Source: Trichomonas gallinae (taxonomy: Eukaryota). Taken from it: 39,745 nt of DNA. The notes under the pieces were generated by a model, which was not told where the DNA came from, ran no database searches, and saw nothing but the letters and a program-made list of their open reading frames with translations. This document shows positions 1 through 9,192 of the stretch, piece after piece (positions within the stretch are counted from its first letter, which is position 1; each line of letters starts with the position of its first letter). The stretch covers positions 1-39,745 of the forward strand of contig MRSU01000065.1 in assembly GCA_008369845.1 (NCBI GenBank), read 5' to 3'. Position numbers and translations under genes: made by a program.

Positions 1-659
1 ATTTTGTCATATTTATCTGATTTGTTAGATTCACCCCCTATAATAGGACCTAGTGCAAACTGTGGCAAAACTGGGTAATCATGGATCTGAATCAATGTTT
101 TGTAAATCGTTTCAACAAGCTTTTATACAAGTTTATATTGTATAACTTGCCTACTCAGGCATTTTCACAGGATATTTTGTTTATTTCTTGATATTATTAA
201 TTGAAATCAAAAATACTTTGTGAATTTGTGTTCTTAACCAATGTAATAGAATATATATCTAGAAGTGATAATAAATCTTTGCTTTACATTCTAATTAATA
301 CACAATATAATGTTTTCGGATGTTGAATTTATATATTAATGCAGAACCACTAAAAACAAACATGACAAAATACTCACAATTAGAAAATAAATAAAAACCA
401 AACATCAAACATCTAGAATTATTGTTGAAATTTTTAGATATTTTATCATATCAAAGCCATTGTTTCAATACCTGTGATTTTACATATGTATAAGAGTGTT
501 ACTTAATTTCGTCATTTTTCAATAAAAAAATCAATATTTGATTTTTAAAAATTAGAAACTGGACATTGTAGTAGTATAAAAACTCATTTATCGTAAATGA
601 ACATGACTTAATTTACTAAAATATAATTTATCGTTGCAAATCTAAAACATTAATATAAA

Positions 660-902
660 TTACTTCTTGTTTTTCAAGAATTGATCCGCGTAAAGATTAA
701 GTTCTTCATCTGTAAGCGTTTCTGGATCAGATACTGCATCTGAATCTGATTTAGCTATTGCGAATAATGGAGGATCAGAATCTTCTGGATCCAATGGGAT
801 TGTTTCAAGAGATATTGGCGCCGGCTTTGAAGTCATAAGCATTTCGTACTGTTCATCAAAGAGATTTTTCCTGAATGAACAAAAGCTCTGCAAGCATCCC
901 AT
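660..902 (-). CDS. Small (80 aa) hypothetical protein, probably N-myristoylated/palmitoylated
   Basis: Lies within ORF 660..962. The ATG at 902 gives MGCLQSFC (MGxxxS plus Cys3). A TCATT initiator on the minus strand at 919-923 supports this start. The C-terminus is acidic and ends in a short helix (LTDEELNLYADQFL). Confidence 0.65.
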   Translation of the reverse strand: MGCLQSFCSFRKNLFDEQYEMLMTSKPAPISLETIPLDPEDSDPPLFAIAKSDSDAVSDPETLTDEELNLYADQFLKNKK

Positions 903-2483
903 TCTTTCTTCTAAAAAAAATGATATTTTCAGACTTTTATATGTCATCTTATCAAGCATCAAATACCCAAAATCTTATCAATTTCCTTTGATTTCAATAT
1001 TATATTCGAAATTTCGAAATATCTTAATATATAACCATCCTCAAGTAAAAATCAATTATCCTTATAGCAAAAAGATTAATGCGAAAATATAACATATCAG
1101 ATTTAGATTTTATCATTTTTCTAATTTTATCTTTATTTTAACAGCTATTATTAGCATGATATCATCTTTTACTCTTTGCCTAACGGTTAATATAAATAGT
1201 TTATATATAATATAAATAAATATGATTTTCAGCATTAGTAACTGTTTTATTATAGTATTGGCTATGTAAAAACGCAGGAATAATAACAAAATCAATTGAG
1301 TAATGTGTATGAAGAGTCATTGCTTGATATTACGGTAAAATTAATAAATCAGTTGATTCACATATCGATTATTATATTATCTGAAATAAAAGCTGATGTA
1401 TCTTGTGTTTCAATCTATCATCATCTTTTTTCGTCAGTTAAAACAAGTAAAATTTGCATTAGATGAATGAAGATATAGTTCTGTAACTTTATTGTAGTTA
1501 GTAAAGGTTTTTAGAGTTAAAATATGTAAACGATCCGTGCAATGGCTGTTGTTATGATGATGTGTAAAATTCTCGTCGAAATTTAACTTGTTTTAAACAA
1601 TGGAAGCATTCATTGTTAAGTATTTCGCGTGTGTTACAAATTCGATAAAAACTGTGGCTTTGAGCTGAAGATTCTTTGAATGAGTCGATTGAAATAGGCA
1701 AATAATAGTATTTTACCCGGTAATTCTTCTTATTTATCGCATATTTGTAGCTGTTTTGCACAAGTGACAAGCATTTCTGCGACAAGTACGCGTATTGAAG
1801 AACTCGAATAAATTAATGATAAATTTTTCCATTAATTTGATGAATTTGGACAATTTGCATCTTTTTATGATTAATCTGAGATTTTATGATTTTTGAAAAA
1901 AAATTGATTTTGAGAAAAATGTAGATGAAAAATAGACAATTTTTTTAAATGAAATTTCAAAAATCAATAAGAATCATGAAAAAATTTCTAAAGTAAAACA
2001 CGAAAGTTATTTTGTAATTGAATCTAGATACACAGACATAATCAAATCAAGAAACAAATTACTCTATGTCAATTGAACTGATATTATTTGAAAGTATCAC
2101 AGTATTGAGAATAAAAAATCACAAGCTATGATCTCATCATTCATAGTTACTACGCGATTTTATCAAGAAAAATTAAATCTATTAAAATCGTATGATTTCA
2201 TAAAGCAATCTTCTTATTATGTTGTTGAGTTATATAAGAAATTTCATGTGTGTAATCATGGCAAAAATAAAACCCTTCAAAAGCAATAATATATTATAAT
2301 CAAAATTCTAACCAATATATTATAATTAAAATTTTAATTATCCATGCACGTAAACGAGTATATAGACCCAGTAGACCATTGCAATGTAAGATAGCTCATT
2401 AATTCTCCAATATCATTCATTACAAAAATTGTTGCCAAATCAATTGTTGCATTTTTTTATAATATAAGGTTATAATTCTAACA

Positions 2484-3632
2484 ATGAGTTTATATACTGT
2501 TACTTTTGAGGATTCCGACGATCCTCAAAGTGACGTTGCACCAGTCCCCATAGATGTTAAAGTATCACCGCCCAGACCGGTCGATGTTGGTCAAGGTTAT
2601 CGTCGAAGAAGATTAATTAAAGATGAACATAACGCTCCTACCGTTGTTACCAAGGAGAAAGTTGATGTAAACAGCATGCAAACTAGAAATAATACAAGAA
2701 AACATGTGACTGCCGAAGAAGAAGAAGAGATCAATATCGAAAAAACACCAGAAGAACAAGAACAGAAGCCTAAAAGAACAAGAATAAAACGATATCGTAA
2801 CAAAGCCTCTTCTGCTGATCATTCTAGAGATGAAACACAAGATGAAAATGTGAATAAACCAAAGTCTGCACCAGAAGTCAAAGAAGACGAAGAACATTCA
2901 GATCCTGATGAACCGGTTGTAAAGACCCAACCAGTTGTCGAAAATAAAACAAATATTAAAACCCCACAGAAAGAAGAAGTCAAAGAAACAGAAGACGACA
3001 TTGATCTTGAAGAAGAAGAAAACGAACTTGTTAAACAGCTTAATCAACTAATATCTAATGATTCGAATTTACTCAGTTACAGATTCCAAATCGATAACAA
3101 AATAACTTTACGAGGCAAAAGGATTCATTTTCAACTTACAAGAGAAGGAAATCCGCTATACCATTCTAAAATTAAGTCTAGAACAGGTATTGAACAAATT
3201 TTTATATCAAAAGGAACAGAATGCCATCTTAGTGATACACAATTCGAAGGTGTCATCCTAGTTGGCGCAGAAAATAGATCGTTTTCGCTTAGGAAACAAA
3301 ACAGATATACAGATGATATTGTTTCAGTGAAAATCACCCAAAACGATTCAGAAAAAAAACCGCGCACAATGAGTGTTCACTTCTTTCAGCCAGGACTCCC
3401 AACAGATTTGTATACAAGGCCATTTATTTTTAGAGATGGTACTTGGCTTATTCGCGTTAAAAATAGAACAGCAACACAGTCAATTAAGAACTGTGTACTT
3501 GTTGATAAGAAAGATAATGAATGGGTTATCATTTTGAAAAAAGATGACGACATTCTTTCGATAGAAGCTGCTCCGGAGATAGATCCACTCATTGTGTTTA
3601 CGCTTGGCGCTGCATCATATATGTGTAAGTAA
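2484..3632 (+). CDS. Tubby C-terminal domain protein with a charged, disordered N-terminal half
   Basis: The C-terminal ~190 aa contain Tubby-like motifs (KPRTMSVHF, SIKNCVLVD, IDPLIVFTLGAASY; compare SVKNFQL and PLSALQAFAICLSS). The N-terminus is E/K-rich with basic clusters (YRRRRL, KPKRTRIKR). The stop reads TAAA. Confidence 0.75.
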   Translation: MSLYTVTFEDSDDPQSDVAPVPIDVKVSPPRPVDVGQGYRRRRLIKDEHNAPTVVTKEKVDVNSMQTRNNTRKHVTAEEEEEINIEKTPEEQEQKPKRTRIKRYRNKASSADHSRDETQDENVNKPKSAPEVKEDEEHSDPDEPVVKTQPVVENKTNIKTPQKEEVKETEDDIDLEEEENELVKQLNQLISNDSNLLSYRFQIDNKITLRGKRIHFQLTREGNPLYHSKIKSRTGIEQIFISKGTECHLSDTQFEGVILVGAENRSFSLRKQNRYTDDIVSVKITQNDSEKKPRTMSVHFFQPGLPTDLYTRPFIFRDGTWLIRVKNRTATQSIKNCVLVDKKDNEWVIILKKDDDILSIEAAPEIDPLIVFTLGAASYMCK

Positions 3633-3731
3633 AATATTAATGTTTTTTATTTCATCTAATGAATTTTATCATGAATGCATAATAAACTCTTTTATAAAAT
3701 TCATTAAGTGATTGTTTCGATTTTATTTTTC

Positions 3732-4820
3732 ATGTTGAACTTATTCTTCGTTATTGGAAATTCTGTTTATTGGGAATTTAAACAAACAGAGCATTTCTCC
3801 AAACTCAGAAATAGCATGAATGTTCCAATTTTTGCGGTTTGCTACTCAGAATTTTGTCCAATTTGCAAAGAAATTCCAAATTTAGTCAAAGAATACACAG
3901 AAGGAAAAGGAAAGCGAGAAGATGTTATTATAACAATGCTGGAATGCACGAATCACCCTTATTTATGCAAGAACTTCCATACAATGGGGTTTCCGCATAT
4001 GGTTCTCGTTATGGGAAGCGATTACAGGCGCTGGCCAAGAGTATATGATAGAGACATTGACAAATGGGATGAATTCATTAATAAATACCTATATCCTGAA
4101 ATTAAAAATAATTCCGAAAGTTATTTGCATTTCGATACAGGAAGCCAATACGTTATAGCAACTCCATCCTTAAATTCATCATATTATCGAAGCATACAAG
4201 AAAAATATAAACATTATCGACTTATGAATGTTGATTTTTATTATGAAATCAACGAAAGCATTACAGAACCAATAATTACTGTCTACAGATCAAAAACAAC
4301 TTCCGAAGTTTTTGATTCTAAAAAAGAATCATTGGATTCTTTCGTTGATCGAACAAGATTTCCAATGTTACACGAATTTAATTTCCACGAGTTTGAGGAA
4401 ATTAGTAAATACCCATACTACCTTTACCATGTAGAAGGGAAAATATCAGATATCGAAAAAACTTTTCTTGCAAATCTTTCGACAATACACGGACAAAACA
4501 TGATAGTTGGATGGACAAGCGACGTCGTAATCGCGAGAAGACACTTCTTAGAATCAAAAGATATTCCTATATCAATTTACAAATCTAAAAAATGCACAGC
4601 ACGATCAAAATACAGAATAATGGATCTAGACAAGATTGATTTCTTTAACCAAACGGACAAAGGAGTTGCTTGTCAATATGAATTTTGGTCTGGACTTAAA
4701 AATAATAATGGAATACGTGGATATACATTCCAGTACTATTTCCTGTCGATTTGCATGCTTCTAATTCTTATATCTCGCATCAAAACAATTATTCCCGAAG
4801 AAACAATCAAATTTAATTGA
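3732..4820 (+). CDS. Thioredoxin/PDI-like type I membrane protein
   Basis: The ORF track starts at a GTG (3708); the first ATG is at 3732 and gives a short signal-like MLNLFFVIGNS. There is a CxxC (FCPIC), a thioredoxin cis-Pro loop (GFPHM) and a C-terminal hydrophobic helix (YYFLSICMLLILI). TCATT lies at 3701-3705. Confidence 0.75.
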   Translation: MLNLFFVIGNSVYWEFKQTEHFSKLRNSMNVPIFAVCYSEFCPICKEIPNLVKEYTEGKGKREDVIITMLECTNHPYLCKNFHTMGFPHMVLVMGSDYRRWPRVYDRDIDKWDEFINKYLYPEIKNNSESYLHFDTGSQYVIATPSLNSSYYRSIQEKYKHYRLMNVDFYYEINESITEPIITVYRSKTTSEVFDSKKESLDSFVDRTRFPMLHEFNFHEFEEISKYPYYLYHVEGKISDIEKTFLANLSTIHGQNMIVGWTSDVVIARRHFLESKDIPISIYKSKKCTARSKYRIMDLDKIDFFNQTDKGVACQYEFWSGLKNNNGIRGYTFQYYFLSICMLLILISRIKTIIPEETIKFN

Positions 4821-4980
4821 TATATGAAATGCTTTGGGCCTATACAGTTCATACTATAAATTGTTTGTATATAAATATTAAAATTTATATTTTTGTAAAA
4901 TAATTTTTTTGTATTTTCGTAATTTTAAATCTATAGATAGCATTATTACAATCCTATCAATGAGAATAAACACAACAATT

Positions 4981-5496
4981 TTATTTAGAAAGATCAGAAA
5001 GCCAATGGAAAATTTCACTAAGGCCAACGCCAACAACTGAGCTTGTTTCAAGGAATGATAAACGTGATGGGTTTGGTACACGATCGAATCCAATAATATC
5101 ATCGATTACATTAAATCTAATGCAATCAGGAACATCGCATTTGCTTAAAACGATCATTATAGGCTTGCTTTCTGTCACGTGGCTTTGGAGAACTTCATTC
5201 AACCAAACAATATTTGTTGCTGTCTTTGTTAAATCGGCAGCATCAAATACGTAAACAATAGCTTTAGCTGTTCTTGCATTTGATTCCCATTGCTGAATAT
5301 TGTCACCAGAAAGCTCTTTAAATATAAAGTTATCGCGGTGATACTTGAAGTTTTGTGAATCGATTCCCTCTGTTGGCTTTGTCGATGGAATTTCATCAAA
5401 AGGTGTAAGGCGTTTCTGATCTGTCAGAATTTGAAGTCTTTTGATCAAAAGCGTTTTACCGCATGATTTTGCTCCAACAAACAAAATCTCAGTCAT
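4981..5496 (-). CDS. ARL16: ARF-like small GTPase, ARL16 type
   Basis: P-loop GAKSCGKTLLIKRLQ, switch I PSTKPTEG, G3 ELSG (ARL16 has ELGG instead of DxxGQ), VYVFDAAD and G4 SKCD. There is no N-terminal myristoylation helix, as in ARL16. The ATG is at 5496; the track start at 5499 is a TTG. Confidence 0.75.
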   Translation of the reverse strand: MTEILFVGAKSCGKTLLIKRLQILTDQKRLTPFDEIPSTKPTEGIDSQNFKYHRDNFIFKELSGDNIQQWESNARTAKAIVYVFDAADLTKTATNIVWLNEVLQSHVTESKPIMIVLSKCDVPDCIRFNVIDDIIGFDRVPNPSRLSFLETSSVVGVGLSEIFHWLSDLSK

Positions 5497-5579
5497 CAAA
5501 AATTAACGTGATGCGTCACTTTTTATTACATTTTTAATACATTTGACATATAAACTAACATTTTTGTCATTTTATATAT

Positions 5580-5646
5580 TTTTGTCATATAAACAATTTA
5601 CAAAGCAAAAATAATATTTTGCGATGTAAATTTTTACATGACAAAA
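5580..5646. repeat. ~65 bp imperfect palindrome made of four TTTTGTCATGTAAA-like units (copy A)
   Basis: Termini TTTTGTCATATAAA (5580-5593) and TTTACATGACAAAA (5633-5646) match at 13/14 as inverted repeats. The inner pair TTTACAAAGCAAAA / TTTTGCGATGTAAA is also inverted. Confidence 0.8.
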
Positions 5647-5706
5647 CTTTATTTCAAAATTATAAATTTACCATCAATTTTTCAAAGCCCAATCCATGAA
5701 GTTTGA

Positions 5707-6301
5707 TCCTGTTCCAAAATTGACCAAGCAATCAACAAAATTATCGAAGAATTCAAAAGAATTTCAAAAACAGAAGATAATTTTGATAAAATCTATGAAA
5801 TTTGCAAAATAATTGCAAGAGAAAAGGATAGAGATGCCATGTCATTTGCCGTCAGAGAGAAATATGTTTATGTGACAGAACAAATTAATACAACTATTCG
5901 GAGAAACATTTTCACTAAAGCAGCAAGAGAAAATCAGCAAGACTTGATACATTTATTGGTCGAATCTAACATTGATATTAACTTAACTGACAATTTCAAC
6001 ATCACAGCTTTGATGACTGCTTCAGCATGGCGTCATCATGAAGTTGTCAAACTCCTTCTCACAGTTCCAAGATTAGATGTCAACGCAAAAGACAAATGGA
6101 ACTGTATAGCTTTGATTTTGGCTTCATATTTTAATGATCAAAAAGTTGTCAATCTCCTTCTTACAGTTCCTGGAATAGATATAATCGCAAAAAATGAAGA
6201 CGACTGTACGACTTTAAGTTTGGCTTCAGAAAAAAGACTATCATGAAATCGTTAAAATGTTGAATGAATTTAATTCATTCATGCAATATAACATTCAATA
6301 A
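5707..6301 (+). pseudogene. Degenerate ankyrin-repeat gene
   Basis: Ankyrin repeats are clear (TALMTASAWRHHEVVKLLL..DVNAKD). The frame stays open and protein-like upstream of the Met at 5839 (EDNFDKIYEICKIIAREKDRDA) but is cut by TGA at 5704-5706. The last repeat is frameshifted in the A6 run at 6230-6235: DYHEIVKML continues in another frame to TAA at 6299-6301. Confidence 0.7.
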
Positions 6302-6554
6302 AGCTTACTACTTCATTTGTTTTTATCATGTTAGCATTTCAATGATTATTCAAATCAAAAAAATTGGGTTTTCCTTGTTTTAAGACCTTTGGACTAATTT
6401 TGATTTTTCTTCAAAAAATACGTTTTAACATAAATAATAAAGATAGATTGCGTAAATTAATATGAATTGGTTGACCTAAGGTGGCCCATATTGTGAGAAC
6501 TGAGGAAAAACGATTAAATATATAAGAGAAGCGCAGTTTTTGGTTTTCATTTTT

Positions 6555-6618
6555 TTTTGTCATATAAATATTTACATAACAAAAATAATTTTGCCAAGTA
6601 AATATTTACGTGACAAAA
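6555..6618. repeat. ~65 bp imperfect palindrome made of four TTTTGTCATGTAAA-like units (copy B), upstream of the kinesin
   Basis: TTTTGTCATATAAA-TA-TTTACATAACAAAA-ATAA-TTTTGCCAAGTAAA-TA-TTTACGTGACAAAA. It aligns end to end with 5580-5646. Confidence 0.8.
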
Positions 6619-6650
6619 TTTAAAATGTGCACGTTTTGAATTTATTTAAA

Positions 6651-8858
6651 ATGAACACGAAAATCAGGGTTGCAATTCGTGTTCGTCCTTCTAATGATGA
6701 CAAAGGCATTTATGACATCAATAAGGACACAAATGAAATTAATTTTATCGAAAAACCCAACGACATCTATAGATTTGATCATGTATACGGACCAGATTCG
6801 AAAACAGGCGATATATACTATGAATCAGTTAAAGATGTTGTTATGGAAACCATTGAAGGCAAAAATTCCACAATTATCGCTTACGGAAGTACTGGATCTG
6901 GAAAAACATACACAATGACCGGCGACGCTAAGCACACAGGCATTATTACATTTGCAGTACAGGATATCTTCCAAACAATAGGGCAAGATATGACAAGACA
7001 TTACGGTGTAAGAATATCTTACTTTGAAATCTACAATGAAAAGATTATAGACTTGCTTGCTAGCAGAACTACAGTTAAATCAGCTGCTACACTGAGTTCT
7101 TTCTATGTTGAGAACTCAACTAATCTTCTTTCGATTTATGCAACTAAATCCGACGAAAGAGCAACAGCATCAACAAAAGAAAACGACAGATCAAGTAGAT
7201 CACATGCTATTTTGAGAATTACGATAGAATCCACAAAAGATAACGGATCCAGCTTGATATCACATTTGGATCTTGTCGATCTCGCAGGTAGTGAGTGCCA
7301 AGAGCGCACAAATGCTACAGGAGAAAGACAGAGAGAAGGAAGCAATATCAATAAATCATTGCTCGCTTTAACAAAATTAATTTATTCCGCAGCAAACAAA
7401 AAACCAGACGCCAAGCAAATAACAAACAGAGACTCCAAGCTGACCCTCGTCTTAGCAGACTCAATTGGAGGAAATTCGAAAACAGTTATAATCACAACTC
7501 TCGCAAACGAAACAGTTCACGCGTCTACGTCATACAGCAGCATCATGTTTGCCATTAATGCCATGAAAATCACCAACAAACCGAAAGTTAACGAAGTTCA
7601 AGAGAATAATGTCAATAAACTTCGTAAAAGAATCAAAGAACTGGAACAAGAACTTTTGGACATGAAAAATAATGCAGCGCAAGCGAATCTTTTCATTGCG
7701 ACTGATCCTGCACTTAAAAGGAAGCGTGATGAGCTTACTACTCTATTGAACATGACACTCGGAGGCCAAGTTGAGCAAGAAAGAACTAAGTTTGCAATCC
7801 CGGAAAATAGAGGAACACAAGCAGCGAAAACAATCGAAAAACTGAAGTTCATAGATGAGCTGCATCTCGGCACAGATGATATAATGGCTGATGAGGACGA
7901 GACTCTTTGGCAGGAATCAGAGCCAGCTCAGCTTCCTAAACGCAAGAAGAAATTATCGAAGAAATTGTTCAACCTCGACAATGATGAACTCAGCGAGCGA
8001 AAAGAAACTAAAAATCTCACACAAATTCAGACAAGCCCCATTAACACGGAGCTACAGAAGGAGAATGAGGCGATGAAAGAAGAGATCAGGAAATTAAAGG
8101 AAGAAATGGAGGAGCTCAAGAAAGAAAGAGAAGACATCGAAGAAATCAAAAGAGAAAAAGAAGAAATTGCTGAAAGATTTTCTAATCTTCAGGCAGAGGA
8201 AAGTTATAAAGAGAAGGTTCTCATTGATGGCCTCAAATCGCAGATATCCAAGCAAAAGGAGGAAATCGCAATGAAAGAGAAGAAAATTGCAGAAATCAAA
8301 AACGAGATGAAAGACAAAATCGCTCAGATCCAGAAAGACTGCAATAATCAAATCAACGAAAAGGAACTAGAGTGTGAAAACCAGATAGAGCTCCATATAA
8401 CTAAAATAGACGAGCTTAATGGAGAAATATACGACTTGAAGACAACAAACAGGGGCATGGAAGTTGGATTTAATGCTCTTCAAGAGTCGCTTAAAATTGC
8501 TCAGCAAAAATTAGTAACAAGCGAAAAAGAAGTTACAAACCTGAGTAGAAGACTACAGTGGCTTAATGATGATAGAGAAGTCAGTAGAAGGCTCGTGATT
8601 GCTAGAATGAAGGATTCGCCTTATGAATGTAATGTTTTGATTGATTGCAAACCTGCGCAAAAAACAGAAACATCCACGCAAATTGATGACGAAAAGGTTG
8701 ATCTTTGCGTTGAAAACTCTTCGACTTTCGAGGAATTAATGAAGGTTGACTACACTTATATAAAGAAGACGAGTGTAGAAAACCAGATTTACAGGATTAT
8801 TACATTTATTATATTAGTTGTTCAAATATTATTCATTTATTCAGTTGTTATGTTATAG
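6651..8858 (+). CDS. N-terminal motor kinesin with a coiled-coil stalk and a C-terminal transmembrane helix
   Basis: Motor motifs IRVAIRVRP, YRFDHVY, GSTGSGKT, NDRSSRSH, DLAGSE and RDSKLT. An E/K-rich coiled coil follows, and the protein ends in IITFIILVVQILFIYSVVML. First ATG is at 6651; the track start is a GTG. Subfamily is uncertain (kinesin-7-like by eye). Confidence 0.92.
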   Translation: MNTKIRVAIRVRPSNDDKGIYDINKDTNEINFIEKPNDIYRFDHVYGPDSKTGDIYYESVKDVVMETIEGKNSTIIAYGSTGSGKTYTMTGDAKHTGIITFAVQDIFQTIGQDMTRHYGVRISYFEIYNEKIIDLLASRTTVKSAATLSSFYVENSTNLLSIYATKSDERATASTKENDRSSRSHAILRITIESTKDNGSSLISHLDLVDLAGSECQERTNATGERQREGSNINKSLLALTKLIYSAANKKPDAKQITNRDSKLTLVLADSIGGNSKTVIITTLANETVHASTSYSSIMFAINAMKITNKPKVNEVQENNVNKLRKRIKELEQELLDMKNNAAQANLFIATDPALKRKRDELTTLLNMTLGGQVEQERTKFAIPENRGTQAAKTIEKLKFIDELHLGTDDIMADEDETLWQESEPAQLPKRKKKLSKKLFNLDNDELSERKETKNLTQIQTSPINTELQKENEAMKEEIRKLKEEMEELKKEREDIEEIKREKEEIAERFSNLQAEESYKEKVLIDGLKSQISKQKEEIAMKEKKIAEIKNEMKDKIAQIQKDCNNQINEKELECENQIELHITKIDELNGEIYDLKTTNRGMEVGFNALQESLKIAQQKLVTSEKEVTNLSRRLQWLNDDREVSRRLVIARMKDSPYECNVLIDCKPAQKTETSTQIDDEKVDLCVENSSTFEELMKVDYTYIKKTSVENQIYRIITFIILVVQILFIYSVVML

Positions 8859-9192
8859 ATTATTTTTATTTATTAAAATATTTTTTATGATTATGTTTCA
8901 GCCAAATTTCATTTTATCAATAACAACAAACTCAATCAAAAAACTCTCCACCAAATTCATTATTTATTATCCTTATGATATTTTAATTGATTACTAATGA
9001 CAAATCATAAAATGCAAGTAATTTAGATGCAAAGATAAATCAATATTTATGAGATATCTATTAATCATGATGATTTGTTATTCCTTGGTATTTTTATATA
9101 TCTTATATAGATTTTGCTTGAATGATAATGTCACAAATGATGTAAATATGTTAGAGGAATTTTAAACAAAATAAATTTTATTATAATATGTG

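Noticed and set aside
1113..1295. 60 aa minus-strand ORF
   Set aside because: TTG start and an I/L/K/F-rich translation typical of AT-rich non-coding DNA.
1552..1785. 77 aa minus-strand ORF in a slightly GC-richer patch
   Set aside because: TTG start, no recognisable motif, and neighbouring frames contain stops. It could be a decayed gene, but I cannot support that.
6465..6545. GC-richer intergenic patch ending in T runs, considered as a Pol III ncRNA
   Set aside because: I could not identify a convincing fold, box motifs or similarity to known snRNA or snoRNA. An Infernal/Rfam scan would settle it.
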